Part shown: piece after piece, positions 30,704 to 40,993 of the stretch
How the letters are laid out: every line of letters starts with the position of its first letter
How positions within the stretch are numbered: the first letter of the stretch is position 1
Assembly: GCA_963835575.1 (NCBI GenBank)
Contig: CAWIGG010000002.1
Span: 1,981,548 to 2,045,547, forward strand
DNA from: an uncultured Spirochaetota bacterium
Lineage (GTDB): Bacteria; Spirochaetota; Brevinematia; Brevinematales; JAOACQ01
Reading direction: 5' to 3'
DNA length: 64,000 nucleotides
Notes under the pieces: model-generated
What the model was told of the DNA's origin: nothing
What the model saw: the letters and a program-made list of their open reading frames with translations, nothing else
Database searches by the model: none
Position numbers and translations under genes: made by a program

Positions 30704-31561
30704 ATGTGGAGCGTTAAAGACAAAGTGGTTCTGATCACCGGGGCCACAAACGGCGTCGGGAGAGCGGCGGCGGAAGAACTCGCCCGCGGCGGGGCCAGGA
30801 TCATCATCCATGGCCGGGACAGGGAAAAAACGGATAAAACCATATATGAGATTATCAAGTCGACAGGAAATACCAATATCGATATGGCATTAGGCGATTT
30901 CACATCGCTCCCTGATGTAAAAAAAATGGGCGAAAATATAAAAACACGGTATAAAGGCCTGGATGTCCTCATCAATAACGCGGGCGGCGTATTTATGGAT
31001 GAAAAGGAATCGAAAGACGGTTATGATATCACATTTCAGGTCAATTATCTCTCTCATTTCCTTCTGACCGGCCTTCTTCTGCCGCTATTAAAAAAGAGCG
31101 CACCCTCCCGCATTATTCATGTGTCATCGGAAGCCCACCGCTATCTGAAAGGCATAGATTTTAACAGGCTGGCGAAGCCCGGCGGATACAGCGGTTTCCA
31201 GGCATACAGCGCGGCTAAAATAAGCGTGAATTTATTCGCCTATGAGCTGGCAGAGCGTTTAAAAAACCAGGGTATTACATCCAATGCCCTCCATCCCGGG
31301 GTTGTCAGGACCGGCTTCGGCCTGAATACGCATAATGTCCTCTTTAGGGGTCTGATGCATATTTTCGGGTTCTTCCTCATCACGCCGGATAAGGGAGCGG
31401 AAACAACAGTTTATCTGGCTTCTTCACCTGAAGTTGAAGGCGTCACCGGAAAATATTTTAACAAGTGCAAAGCAGTGCCTTCGGCAAAAAATTCCGATAA
31501 TAAGGAAGATCAGAAGAAACTCTGGGAACTCGGTGAAAAACTGGTCAAAAATTATCTTTAA
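30704..31561 (+). CDS. SDR oxidoreductase (retinol dehydrogenase-like)
   Basis: TGATNGVG, NNAG, YSAAK, HPGVV. Confidence 0.92.
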   Translation: MWSVKDKVVLITGATNGVGRAAAEELARGGARIIIHGRDREKTDKTIYEIIKSTGNTNIDMALGDFTSLPDVKKMGENIKTRYKGLDVLINNAGGVFMDEKESKDGYDITFQVNYLSHFLLTGLLLPLLKKSAPSRIIHVSSEAHRYLKGIDFNRLAKPGGYSGFQAYSAAKISVNLFAYELAERLKNQGITSNALHPGVVRTGFGLNTHNVLFRGLMHIFGFFLITPDKGAETTVYLASSPEVEGVTGKYFNKCKAVPSAKNSDNKEDQKKLWELGEKLVKNYL

Positions 31562-31583
31562 ATCACATATTCTGGAGATATGA

Positions 31584-32453
31584 TTGAATAAAAATTCAGC
31601 ATGGGAAATAAAAGATAAGGTTGTTCTGATTACGGGGGCAACCAGCGGCATCGGAAAGGCGGCAGCCATGGAACTGGCCCGGCTCGGGGCGAAAGTAATT
31701 GTTCATGGACGCGATAAAACAAGGACTGAAAATACCGTCCGGGAAATCATTAAGGCCACCGGCAACAAAAGTACCGGCATGATCCTCTGTGATTTATCAT
31801 CGCTCGCGAATGTGAAGAAAATGGCCGATGTTTTTAAATCAAAATACAATGCCCTGCATGTTCTGATCAATAACGCCGGGGCTGTCTTTCTGGACAGGGA
31901 AGTTTCCCGCGACGGCTTTGAAATGACTTTCGCCGTGAATTATCTCTCGCATTTTCTGCTGACCAACCTGCTTTTGCCGCTTTTAAAAAAGAGCGCGCCT
32001 TCCCGCATCATCCATGTATCGTCCTCCTCACATAAGATAATTCATCATATCGATCTGGAAAAAATCCCGGAAAGCGCGGGTCCTCTTCTTACAGCTTACA
32101 GCGCCTCAAAAGTTTGCGTCAATCTGTTCGCCTTTGATCTGGCCGAACGTTTAAAATCCTTCAATATAACCTCTAACGCTGTTCATCCGGGCGTTGTCCA
32201 TACCGGCTTCGGAATGAATATCAAGAATAAGTTCTTAAAGTTTATTCTATCGCTATTTATGACTTTCGTCATTTCCCCTGAAAAGGGCGCACGGACTTCC
32301 ATCCGCCTTGCGTCTTCGCCGGAATTGGAAGGCGTAACCGGAAAATATTTCGCTCACTCCAAAGAAGTACCTCCATCAAAATTATCAAATAATAAAGAAC
32401 TTCAAAAAAAGCTGCGGGAAATGAGCGTCAGGCTTGTGAAAGATTATTTGTAA
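31584..32453 (+). CDS. SDR oxidoreductase, tandem paralogue
   Basis: TGATSGIG, NNAG, YSASK, HPGVV. Confidence 0.92.
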   Translation: MNKNSAWEIKDKVVLITGATSGIGKAAAMELARLGAKVIVHGRDKTRTENTVREIIKATGNKSTGMILCDLSSLANVKKMADVFKSKYNALHVLINNAGAVFLDREVSRDGFEMTFAVNYLSHFLLTNLLLPLLKKSAPSRIIHVSSSSHKIIHHIDLEKIPESAGPLLTAYSASKVCVNLFAFDLAERLKSFNITSNAVHPGVVHTGFGMNIKNKFLKFILSLFMTFVISPEKGARTSIRLASSPELEGVTGKYFAHSKEVPPSKLSNNKELQKKLREMSVRLVKDYL

Positions 32454-32489
32454 TTATTCGGCTAATTTTATCTAATAACCTTTCTCTTT

Positions 32490-32812
32490 CAACATGAAGA
32501 CGCCAAGAAGCACTAAGACTGTTAAGTGAAGCATTTATTTTCTTATTAAAGATTTCAATCAAGTGCCTTGTATATAACATCCGATGCTTCGGCAAGCTCA
32601 GCACAAGTTTTTCACGCGGATTAACACGGATTGGGTGGATTTTATAGGATTTAGTATTACTTTAAACCGCCTGATTGTTTTATTCGATACTGAATCTAAA
32701 GTAGGACGCTTACGGAAATTTCAGTGTAGACTATGCCGAAAATATAATAAGGTTGAAATTTAAAGTTTTTCTTTATTAGCGTCTATTCGCGTGAATTCGC
32801 GGGCAATTTCTT
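32490..32812. repeat. Composite REP/REPIN-like cluster
   Basis: CTTCGGCAAGCTCAGC, CACGCGGATTAACACGGATT, TTAGCGTCTATTCGCGTGAATTCGCGG. Confidence 0.55.
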
Positions 32813-32948
32813 CGTTATCTTTTGTTCCTGTAGTCCTATTGTTGAAAATTATTAATCGACCGAATAGCAGCGATTTTTTTATATTTCCGCCCATTTCATA
32901 TATAATAAAGGCTCCTTTAATTTTAATTTGAAAAATATGGGAAAAAAT

Positions 32949-33395
32949 ATGGATTTTATTGTCAGAAGGATCGGAAAGAATGAGCTTTACAAGCTGTTGG
33001 AACTCTATAAATACCTCAATCCCGAAGATAAAAAGCCGCCTGAGGAAGAAATAAAAAAAGCCTGGGATGATATCATGAAAAATGAAGACAAATATATTTA
33101 TCTGGTCATTGAAGAAGATAATAAAATCATTTCCTCATGCAATATCTCCATCATCCCTAATTTAACACGGGGCGCGAGGCCTTATGCCGTTATCGAAAAC
33201 GTCATCACGCGCCCTGATTACAGAAGAAAAGGATTGGGAAGGAAAGTCATCCATGAAGCCGTTCATTACGCGAAAAAAGCGGGCTGTTACAAGGTCATGC
33301 TTTTGAGCAGTTCCGGAAGGCATGAAGCCCATCAATTCTATGAAAGCCTGGGCTTCAGTTCAAAGGAGAAAACCGGCTTTGTCATGAAATTATAA
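32949..33395 (+). CDS. GNAT-family N-acetyltransferase
   Basis: IPNLTRGARPYAVIENV, YRRKGLG, GCYKVML, FYESLGF; start could be 32937. Confidence 0.9.
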   Translation: MDFIVRRIGKNELYKLLELYKYLNPEDKKPPEEEIKKAWDDIMKNEDKYIYLVIEEDNKIISSCNISIIPNLTRGARPYAVIENVITRPDYRRKGLGRKVIHEAVHYAKKAGCYKVMLLSSSGRHEAHQFYESLGFSSKEKTGFVMKL

Positions 33396-33409
33396 ATTAA
33401 GAGGTAATT

Positions 33410-34183
33410 ATGCACATCAATGCCGATCTGCATGTTCATTCGCTGTTTTCCGCCGATGGAAAAGATACTATTACGGATATGTGCTTGTCAGCGGTCCGGA
33501 AAGGCTTAAAACACATATGCTTTACGGAACATCTTGATTTCAACAGGATCGACAAAGGCTGCGGCTATTTTAATTATGAAAAATACTCGAAAGCCGTTGA
33601 TAAAGCCAGGAAAAAATTCGAGGGCAGAATAAACATATTAAAGGGCGTGGAATTAAGCGAGCCCCATCTTTATCCGGCGGAACTTGAAAAGCTGCAGAAG
33701 CTGGATTTTGATATGATCCTCGCCGCCGTCCATAATATCGGGAATCATTTTGTGGGAGAAGATGACCTGGTCAGGCTTTATTCGGCGGAACAGATCTACG
33801 AAATGTATTATATTGAATTACTGAAAACAGTCGAAACGGGGGGATTTGACGTTATTGCCCATTTCGATTTCCCGAAAAGATATCTGAAAGAAAAATTCAA
33901 TCCCGGTACTATTAATGAAATACTGGACAAAATGGCCAAAAACAACATCGTTCTTGAAATAAACACTTCTTCATTACGGAGAGGTCTTATTGAGTCAACA
34001 CCCGGCGCCGGTATTTTAGACCTGTACATTTCTTCCGGCGGCAATAAAATTACCGCCGGTTCGGACTCCCATAATAAAAACGATATCGGAAGCGATTTTC
34101 AATATATTGAAGGTCTTATCCAAAATAAACCGTTCATAAAAATAGGATATTTTGAAAAGAGAAAATTCAAAACGGGATTATAG
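33410..34183 (+). CDS. PHP-family histidinol-phosphatase-like protein (HisJ/HisK family)
   Basis: DLHVHSLFSADG, FTEH, AHFD, EINTS, GSDSH. Confidence 0.85.
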   Translation: MHINADLHVHSLFSADGKDTITDMCLSAVRKGLKHICFTEHLDFNRIDKGCGYFNYEKYSKAVDKARKKFEGRINILKGVELSEPHLYPAELEKLQKLDFDMILAAVHNIGNHFVGEDDLVRLYSAEQIYEMYYIELLKTVETGGFDVIAHFDFPKRYLKEKFNPGTINEILDKMAKNNIVLEINTSSLRRGLIESTPGAGILDLYISSGGNKITAGSDSHNKNDIGSDFQYIEGLIQNKPFIKIGYFEKRKFKTGL

Positions 34184-34322
34184 AATCATCGTTTTAAATT
34201 ATTGGGCCTTTTTTACAAAAGTTGACAAATAAACATCAATCAATTTATTTTTATTTTACAGAAATCAAAATATATTGAATAATATTCATCCTGATAATTT
34301 AAGTATAAGATAGGAGAGACAA

Positions 34323-35453
34323 ATGCAATACAGGAAATTCGGGAAACTCGATTTTAAACCCTCGGCGCTGGGCTTCGGATGCATGCGCCTGCCGATGGAA
34401 AACGGGAAGATAAATGAGAAGGAAGCGGTCCGGATGATCCGGTACGCGATAGATAAAGGCGTGAATTATGTTGATACGGCTTATGTGTATCATGACGGCA
34501 AAAGTGAAATCGTGACAGGCAAAGCCCTCAAGGACGGCTACAGGGAAAAAGTGAAAGTTGCGACAAAATCCCCAATCTGGCAGGTGAATAAACCGGATGA
34601 CTTCGACCGCCTTCTGGATGAGCAGCTGAAGAAGCTTCAGACAGGCCATATTGATTTTTATCTCCTCCACTCCCTCGGTAAATGGAGCTGGGAAAAAGTG
34701 CTCAAGCTCGATGTCTTAAAGAAAGCCGAAGCCGCTAAAAAGGACGGCCGGATCTCGCATATCGGTTTTTCCTTTCATGATAATTATGATTCTTTCAAGG
34801 AGATTATTGACGGCTATGACGGCTGGGAATTCTGCCAGATACAATACAATTACATGGATACTGAAAACCAGGCGGGAATAAAAGGCCTGAAGGCCGCCGC
34901 ATCAAAAGGCCTGGCCGTAATCGTGATGGAGCCGATTCTGGGAGGAAGGCTGGCAAACCCGCCTAAGGCGGTCCGCGAGGTTTTTGACAGCTATAATAAG
35001 AAACGCACTCCCGCCGATTGGGCCCTGCAGTGGGCCTGGAACCAGCCGGAAGTCTCGCTTGTGCTGAGCGGCATGAGTGCCATGCGGCAGACGGAGGAAA
35101 ACATCGCTTCCGCTGAAAATTCCGGAGTCGATTCGCTTGACGCGGAAGACCTGGATCTGATAGGCCGAGTTCAGGTCAAATTCAGGGAAAGAATGCCGGT
35201 CCCATGCACCAAATGCAATTACTGCCTGCCCTGCCCCAGCGGGGTAAACATTCCCAGGAATTTTGAGCTTTATAATGACGGCGTCATTTATGACGAAATG
35301 GGCGGCGCGCGCTTCAGCTACAGCAATTTCATGGGTGAAAAAGAAAGGGCCGGGCAATGCACCCAATGCAGGACATGCGAGGATAAATGCCCGCAGAAGA
35401 TAGAGATCAGCGCCTTGATGCCGGAAGTCCATAAAACGCTCAGCGGTATCTGA
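34323..35453 (+). CDS. Aldo/keto reductase with C-terminal 4Fe-4S motifs
   Basis: LGFGCMRLP, VDTAYVY, IGFSFH, CTKCNYCLPCP, CTQCRTCEDKCP. Confidence 0.92.
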   Translation: MQYRKFGKLDFKPSALGFGCMRLPMENGKINEKEAVRMIRYAIDKGVNYVDTAYVYHDGKSEIVTGKALKDGYREKVKVATKSPIWQVNKPDDFDRLLDEQLKKLQTGHIDFYLLHSLGKWSWEKVLKLDVLKKAEAAKKDGRISHIGFSFHDNYDSFKEIIDGYDGWEFCQIQYNYMDTENQAGIKGLKAAASKGLAVIVMEPILGGRLANPPKAVREVFDSYNKKRTPADWALQWAWNQPEVSLVLSGMSAMRQTEENIASAENSGVDSLDAEDLDLIGRVQVKFRERMPVPCTKCNYCLPCPSGVNIPRNFELYNDGVIYDEMGGARFSYSNFMGEKERAGQCTQCRTCEDKCPQKIEISALMPEVHKTLSGI

Positions 35454-35467
35454 TATGATATCCACAG

Positions 35468-35517
35468 GCCTCACCCCCGTCCCCTCTCCAGATTTGGAGA
35501 GGGGACGGGGGTGAGGC
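35468..35517. repeat. Perfect 23-bp-stem REP-like hairpin between convergent genes
   Basis: GCCTCACCCCCGTCCCCTCTCCA-GATT-TGGAGAGGGGACGGGGGTGAGGC; related copy at 40368-40460. Confidence 0.8.
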
Positions 35518-35518
35518 G

Positions 35519-35881
35519 TTAAATCGATTCGATGATTTTTTCCATGTCCCTGATCAGGATCGGCTTATTCAGGTATCTGAACGGTTTTAAATTCTTGGCC
35601 CTTTCCATAAACTCTTCATTGGCATAGCCTGTCATAAATACAATGGGAATAATCTTCCTTGTTTGTATTATTTCTGCCGCCTCGACTCCGTCCATCGAGC
35701 CCACTAGATGAATGTCCTTAAAGATGATGTCCGGTATTTCATCCATTGCTTTTTTTACGGCGTCCTCTCCGGTCGATACCGGGGTCAATACCTCATATCC
35801 GCTTTGAGTGAGGCTCTCCTGAAGCATCATGGCCGTGTAGGCCTCATCTTCGACAATCAATATTCTTTTCTTTTTTTCCAT
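35519..35881 (-). CDS. Single-domain response regulator
   Basis: ILIVEDE, phosphoacceptor D in KDIHL, MDG, FMTG, KP. Confidence 0.9.
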   Translation of the reverse strand: MEKKKRILIVEDEAYTAMMLQESLTQSGYEVLTPVSTGEDAVKKAMDEIPDIIFKDIHLVGSMDGVEAAEIIQTRKIIPIVFMTGYANEEFMERAKNLKPFRYLNKPILIRDMEKIIESI

Positions 35882-35884
35882 TTC

Positions 35885-38665
35885 CTAAACCTTATCCTGA
35901 TCATATTCATGGAAGCGCAGGGTGCATATCACCCCGCCGCGGGACTCAAATTGAACTTCACCGCGGAGCTGATGCTCACCGATGGCGAATACGCTTTGAA
36001 TTCCCATTTTAACGCTGTTCCTGAAATCAAATCCTTCCGGCACTCCGACACCGTTGTCAGCGGCTATAAGTTCAATTACATTATCAGGTGTTTTATGCAG
36101 ACTGATCCGTATCTCACCCTGCCTTTCGCCGGGAAAAGCATGTTTGAGCGAATTGGAAACCAGCTCGCTCAAAATCAGCCCGCAGGGTATCGCCAGGTCT
36201 ATCTGGACAAGCAGTTTTTCCACATCAAGGATGAGTTTAATTTTCTCTACCTTTATACTGTAGCTGGCCAATAATAGATTCGCCAGATCGGTGATATACT
36301 CTCTGAAATCAATACTCGACAGGTTCTTCGATTGATAAAGCTTCTGGTGGACCAGCGCCATGGATTGTATCCTGTCCGCCATTTCCCGGAAAACGCTTTT
36401 CACCTGATTATCAACGGTCTTCGAGGCATGCAGCTGGAGAAGCGCGATGATCACCTGCATATTGTTTTTCGTGCGGTGGTAGAGTTCCCTCAGGAGCGCT
36501 TCTTTTTCTTTGAGGGATGATTGAATCCTTTCTTCCGTCAATTTCCGTTCTGAAATATCGCGAACGATATAAACAAAGCCGTAAGGGCTGCCGTCCGCAC
36601 CGCAGAGGACATCGCCGTTGACTTCAAAATCAATTTTAACAGCATCACTGAGAACTAATTTATATTCCCTGGGCCCGATCGATTTTTCAATCATCAGTTT
36701 GTTGTTCTCAAGGGCCTTATCTTTATCTGAAGGATCGATCAGCTCAAAAATGTTTTTCCCGAGAAATTCTCTGGTATTTAATCCGCCCCATTTATGTAAA
36801 ACAACTCCATTTGTATAAAGTATCTGACCGTTTATATCCGTTCTGACTATGATGTCCGGTATCGCCGTGACGAGGCCCCTGTAAAGCTCCTCGCTTTCTT
36901 CCAGCTCTGTCTGCGCGAGCTTCCGTTCGCTGATATCCTCGATCATCGGGAGAAAATAGAGCGGCCTTCCGGCAGCGTCTTTCAACATACTGATAGATAA
37001 ATGCCCCCAGACGGTTTTCCCGTCCTTGCGGACATAGCGCTTATCTACGATATACTGCTCGATCTCGCCGTCCAGAAGCCTTTTTATCTGCAGAGCGTCC
37101 CTGTCCAGTTCCTCCGGATGTGTGATATCCCTGAAAGTCAAATTTTTAAATTCTTCGGCTGAATATCCCAAAAAACGGCTGAGTTCATCGTTAACGCGGA
37201 TAAACCGGTAATCAAGGGTGGAAAGAGCGGCCCCGATGGGCGACTGGTCGAAAGTCAGCCTGAACCTGGCTTCGCTTTCGCGCAGGGCTTCCTCTGCCCG
37301 CTTGCGTTCTGTGATCTCAAAAGCAACAACGGCTATTCTGGATACTTTGCCGGCAGAGTCAAAAATCGGGGCAATATGGTTGATAAAATCCCGGCCGGCG
37401 TTTGAATCATCAAAATAAAGAGACCGTCCTGTTTTGATGACCTGTTCAACCTTATCTTTTCTGATTTCGGCGATTTGAGGTGGGAAAAAACCGAAGGCAT
37501 ACCTGCCGATCAGGTCCCCGCTGTTTTTCCCCAGACTTTGCATAATCGCGTGATTTATAGCGATAAAATTTAAATTTATATCTACTAAAAAAGCCCGCTC
37601 AGGTATTGCGTCAAGTAAAATCCTCAATGTCTCTTCGCTTTCCCTGACTTTATCCTCGTTTTGTTTGCGTTCGGTCATATCGCGCATTATTTTTGAAAAA
37701 CCGATGAGCCTGCCTTTTTCATCGAAAATAGCCGTTAGCATGACATTGGCCCAGAATTTCGAGCCGTCTTTCCTGACCCGCCATCCCTCGTCCTCAAAAT
37801 GCCCTTCCGTGGAAGCGGCCAGAAGATCGTTCGCGGGTCTGTTCTTCTCATTATCCTCAGCCGTAAAAAAACACGAAAAATGGCGCCCGATTATTTCCCT
37901 GCCCATGTATCCGGTGATATGCACGGCGCCTTCATTCCATGTCGTCACGCGGCCTCCGGGATCAAGCATAAATATGGCATAATCCTTGACGCCTTCCACT
38001 AGAAGCCGGAAGCGCTTCTCGCTATCAGCCAGATGAGCGATCATCGGACTGGTGACCCGGAAAAACAATATTACTCCTAAAAAAATCATTGCCAGCGCCG
38101 TCATAAGCGTTATGAAAGCCGCCAGGATAAAAGGGGCCCGAATATCCTTCATGTCAATTTTGGCCACAACTCCCATATCCAGTTCCCGCACCGGCTCATG
38201 AGCCGCCAGCACCTTCTCCCCGCTGTAGTCAAGACCGATCATTGTGCCGGATTTTCCCGTCAACGCCTGACGCATCGGTTCGGCCAGTTTTGAAGAAAAA
38301 GGAATATACAGGGACTCCTGATAATTCGTCTGGTCGAGATAGACCAGGAACACCATATTGCTTCCTTCCCTCTTCGCTATGACGAATTCGCCTATGAATT
38401 TATAATTATTATAGAAGATGTAAGCCTGGCGGACCTGGTCCAGAACGGCCTTCTCAATCCCGCCGGGATAATCCTTATCATTGACCCTGACAAAACGCGT
38501 TATCGAATCCATCTGACGGGCCTGGCTTTCGGCCATCTCGATCAGCCGCGCCCTTTCTTCCTCGAAAGCCGTCCTGTAAAGCAGGGTAATCGAAACACCG
38601 CCCACAGTCAGTACAATGACAGCCATAATGAGAATGAGAAATAAAACCCTTCTCCGTTCATTCAT
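35885..38665 (-). CDS. Membrane-bound multi-PAS sensor histidine kinase (HisKA_2 type)
   Basis: Two TMs, four PAS/PAC repeats, ELYHRTKNNMQ, ELVSNSLKHAF, DNGVG. Confidence 0.92.
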   Translation of the reverse strand: MNERRRVLFLILIMAVIVLTVGGVSITLLYRTAFEEERARLIEMAESQARQMDSITRFVRVNDKDYPGGIEKAVLDQVRQAYIFYNNYKFIGEFVIAKREGSNMVFLVYLDQTNYQESLYIPFSSKLAEPMRQALTGKSGTMIGLDYSGEKVLAAHEPVRELDMGVVAKIDMKDIRAPFILAAFITLMTALAMIFLGVILFFRVTSPMIAHLADSEKRFRLLVEGVKDYAIFMLDPGGRVTTWNEGAVHITGYMGREIIGRHFSCFFTAEDNEKNRPANDLLAASTEGHFEDEGWRVRKDGSKFWANVMLTAIFDEKGRLIGFSKIMRDMTERKQNEDKVRESEETLRILLDAIPERAFLVDINLNFIAINHAIMQSLGKNSGDLIGRYAFGFFPPQIAEIRKDKVEQVIKTGRSLYFDDSNAGRDFINHIAPIFDSAGKVSRIAVVAFEITERKRAEEALRESEARFRLTFDQSPIGAALSTLDYRFIRVNDELSRFLGYSAEEFKNLTFRDITHPEELDRDALQIKRLLDGEIEQYIVDKRYVRKDGKTVWGHLSISMLKDAAGRPLYFLPMIEDISERKLAQTELEESEELYRGLVTAIPDIIVRTDINGQILYTNGVVLHKWGGLNTREFLGKNIFELIDPSDKDKALENNKLMIEKSIGPREYKLVLSDAVKIDFEVNGDVLCGADGSPYGFVYIVRDISERKLTEERIQSSLKEKEALLRELYHRTKNNMQVIIALLQLHASKTVDNQVKSVFREMADRIQSMALVHQKLYQSKNLSSIDFREYITDLANLLLASYSIKVEKIKLILDVEKLLVQIDLAIPCGLILSELVSNSLKHAFPGERQGEIRISLHKTPDNVIELIAADNGVGVPEGFDFRNSVKMGIQSVFAIGEHQLRGEVQFESRGGVICTLRFHEYDQDKV

Positions 38666-38947
38666 TTTGTTTTCCTATTAACAATATCCATTAATTATAG
38701 CGATGAAATCGATACCCGTTGTGAAGTTTTGTTTTTCGGATATGAGCTGTTATTATACATGAAGGAATGTCTTGCTGTCTGCCGGGGTTTCAATTTTATA
38801 TCAATCCGGAAAAACACTTTCTTAAGCGAAAATAGCGGATAATTTATATAATAATCAAAATTCATTCTTTATTCAAGTATGTTAATATGGCCCTTTGAAT
38901 AACTCAAATTTTATCAAATAATAACACCTTGAAATATAAGGTATAAA

Positions 38948-40336
38948 TCATTTTAATACCGGTTTATTCCTGACATTGCCCCTGGAAAGCGACGCGAAAA
39001 TCCCGGCAAAACAGAAGAGTGTAAAAATACCGAACCCGAAATTTTCGGCTTTTAAAAACCCGGATGCGTTTTCCGGCGTTAACTGAACTTTCCCTATTAT
39101 AAGAGAAAAGATCAGGAGCGCCACGGCCATGCTGGCCATCTGCCCGACCACCCGCATCGTCCCGATCGTGGCGGATGCGACGCCCAGATATTCCTTTGTC
39201 ACAGAACTCATCACGGCGTTGGTATTCGGCGATGAAAAAAGCGCGAAACCGCCGCCCAGAAGGATCATGCAGAAAAAGATTAGAGACAACGGTGTCCTGT
39301 CTGTTAAAAAAGCAAGGATCAGCAGCCCGGCTGTGCAGAGCGCCATTCCAGCGGACGAAAGAAATCTCGGCTCGATTCTATCGGAAAGCCTGCCTGTCAG
39401 CGGCGAAAACACCGCCTGTACGAGAGGCTGGACAACCAGCACCAGTCCGGCTTCCTGCGGCGTGAGGCCTTTTATCAGCTGAAGATACAGGCTCATGAAA
39501 AAACTCACGGCGAAAGTGGCGCTGTAATTGATCAGGGCGGCCAGATTCGAAAAAGCAAACGCCCTGTTATGCATAAAAAGGGAAATGTTAATAATAGGAT
39601 ATGCCCTCTGTTTTTCAAAAAGGATGAAAATAATAAATCCCAAGCTTCCAGCAATAGTAAAGAGAACCCCGAATAATGAAGGCAGATGGGAAAAACCGTA
39701 AAGAAGGCCGGTTAAAGCCGCGGCGTAAATAAGCGAACCGGCGATATCGATTTTTTCTTCTTTACCGCTGGACCATTCGGAACGCATTTTCCAAAAGATC
39801 AGAGGGATTATGATAATACCCATCAGGATATTGATATAAAATATACTTCTCCAGCCGAACGCGTGCGTGAGGATGCCTCCCAGGAATGGCCCGGCGGAAA
39901 GGCCCGTATAAACAGACGCCGTATTGATCCCGATGACGTGCCCCCGCTTTTCAGGAGGATAAACTGAAACCAATATGGCGGACGCCGTTCCGATAATCAT
40001 CGCCCCGCCCAAACCCTGCAGTACCCGGGCAAATATGAGGAGCGGGGTCGAATTAGAAAAAACGGCGATGACCGCGGAAACGGTATAGACCGCAATGCCT
40101 ATGCTGAAAATTTTTTTTCTGCCGAACATATCGCCGGCCTTGCCCAAAGGCATAAGAAAAACAGCTGTGGCCAGTAAAAATGAGGTTACGATCCAGTTAA
40201 GCGTTACGGCGTCAGCCTTGAATTCCATCCCTATGGACGGCAGCGCGACATTAATGGAAGAGGCCGCGAAAGATGTTAAAAAAGAAGAAAGGGTGGTTAT
40301 AATAAGTACTATAAACGGGCTTGTTTTTTCCTGCAT
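38948..40336 (-). CDS. MFS transporter (DHA2-like)
   Basis: SINVALP, GDMFGRKK, RVLQGLGGA; start set at MQEK because the longer ORF runs through a REP. Confidence 0.9.
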   Translation of the reverse strand: MQEKTSPFIVLIITTLSSFLTSFAASSINVALPSIGMEFKADAVTLNWIVTSFLLATAVFLMPLGKAGDMFGRKKIFSIGIAVYTVSAVIAVFSNSTPLLIFARVLQGLGGAMIIGTASAILVSVYPPEKRGHVIGINTASVYTGLSAGPFLGGILTHAFGWRSIFYINILMGIIIIPLIFWKMRSEWSSGKEEKIDIAGSLIYAAALTGLLYGFSHLPSLFGVLFTIAGSLGFIIFILFEKQRAYPIINISLFMHNRAFAFSNLAALINYSATFAVSFFMSLYLQLIKGLTPQEAGLVLVVQPLVQAVFSPLTGRLSDRIEPRFLSSAGMALCTAGLLILAFLTDRTPLSLIFFCMILLGGGFALFSSPNTNAVMSSVTKEYLGVASATIGTMRVVGQMASMAVALLIFSLIIGKVQLTPENASGFLKAENFGFGIFTLFCFAGIFASLSRGNVRNKPVLK

Positions 40337-40367
40337 AACAAATGTTCCTTTATAACCATTCAGCCCT

Positions 40368-40460
40368 TGCCTCACCCCGCCTCGCAAGGCTCGGCACCCC
40401 TCTCCATACATCCCCTCGGCTCTGCTCGGGAACCGTTGGAGAGGGGACGGGGGTGAGGCA
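40368..40460. repeat. REP-like hairpin with nested inserts
   Basis: Right arm identical to 35495-35517; an insert in the loop is related to the 40689-40757 hairpin. Confidence 0.7.
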
Positions 40461-40688
40461 TTTGGGTCAGTAAACCCAGCCTTTGTTCAAATCATTGAGT
40501 GAATAGTTACATTCCTTTTAAAAATTCAGGCAAAATTATATTATTACGGTTTAATTTATGCAATATTCTCCTTCTCCGTCAAATATTTATTATGATTTTT
40601 TTATTAAATTGGATAAATCTTTTCTTTTTTAAAAATTATTTCACCCAAATTGAATGATTTATTTTTTTTATCTACAGCGAATAGATTT

Positions 40689-40757
40689 GCAGTTTTCCAC
40701 CCCCGCGCCGGTTCCCGAGTAACGAAGCGTATCGAGGGACGCGGGGTGGAAAACTGC
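40689..40757. repeat. REP-like hairpin
   Basis: GCAGTTTTCCACCCCGCG ... CGCGGGGTGGAAAACTGC. Confidence 0.7.
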
Positions 40758-40993
40758 CTATTATAAAGCTTTCGTTAAAAAATCGTTTTATTTAGGTTTC
40801 AAATAATCCGTCCGGCAATCTGATCAAATTTGATTTTTTCCCTTTTAAAGATTAAATTATTTCAGTTAACCAAAATTAATATTTCTTAAATTTATAAAAC
40901 CTCTCCTTTATAATTTCTATGATTTATAAGCTGTTTTATATAATATAGTAAAAACTCATTTGTTCCTTAACAAATCTTTAAGGAGAATCAGTT

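Noticed and set aside
40337..40411. N-terminal extension of the MFS ORF
   Set aside because: It reads through a REP hairpin; MQEK is the more plausible start
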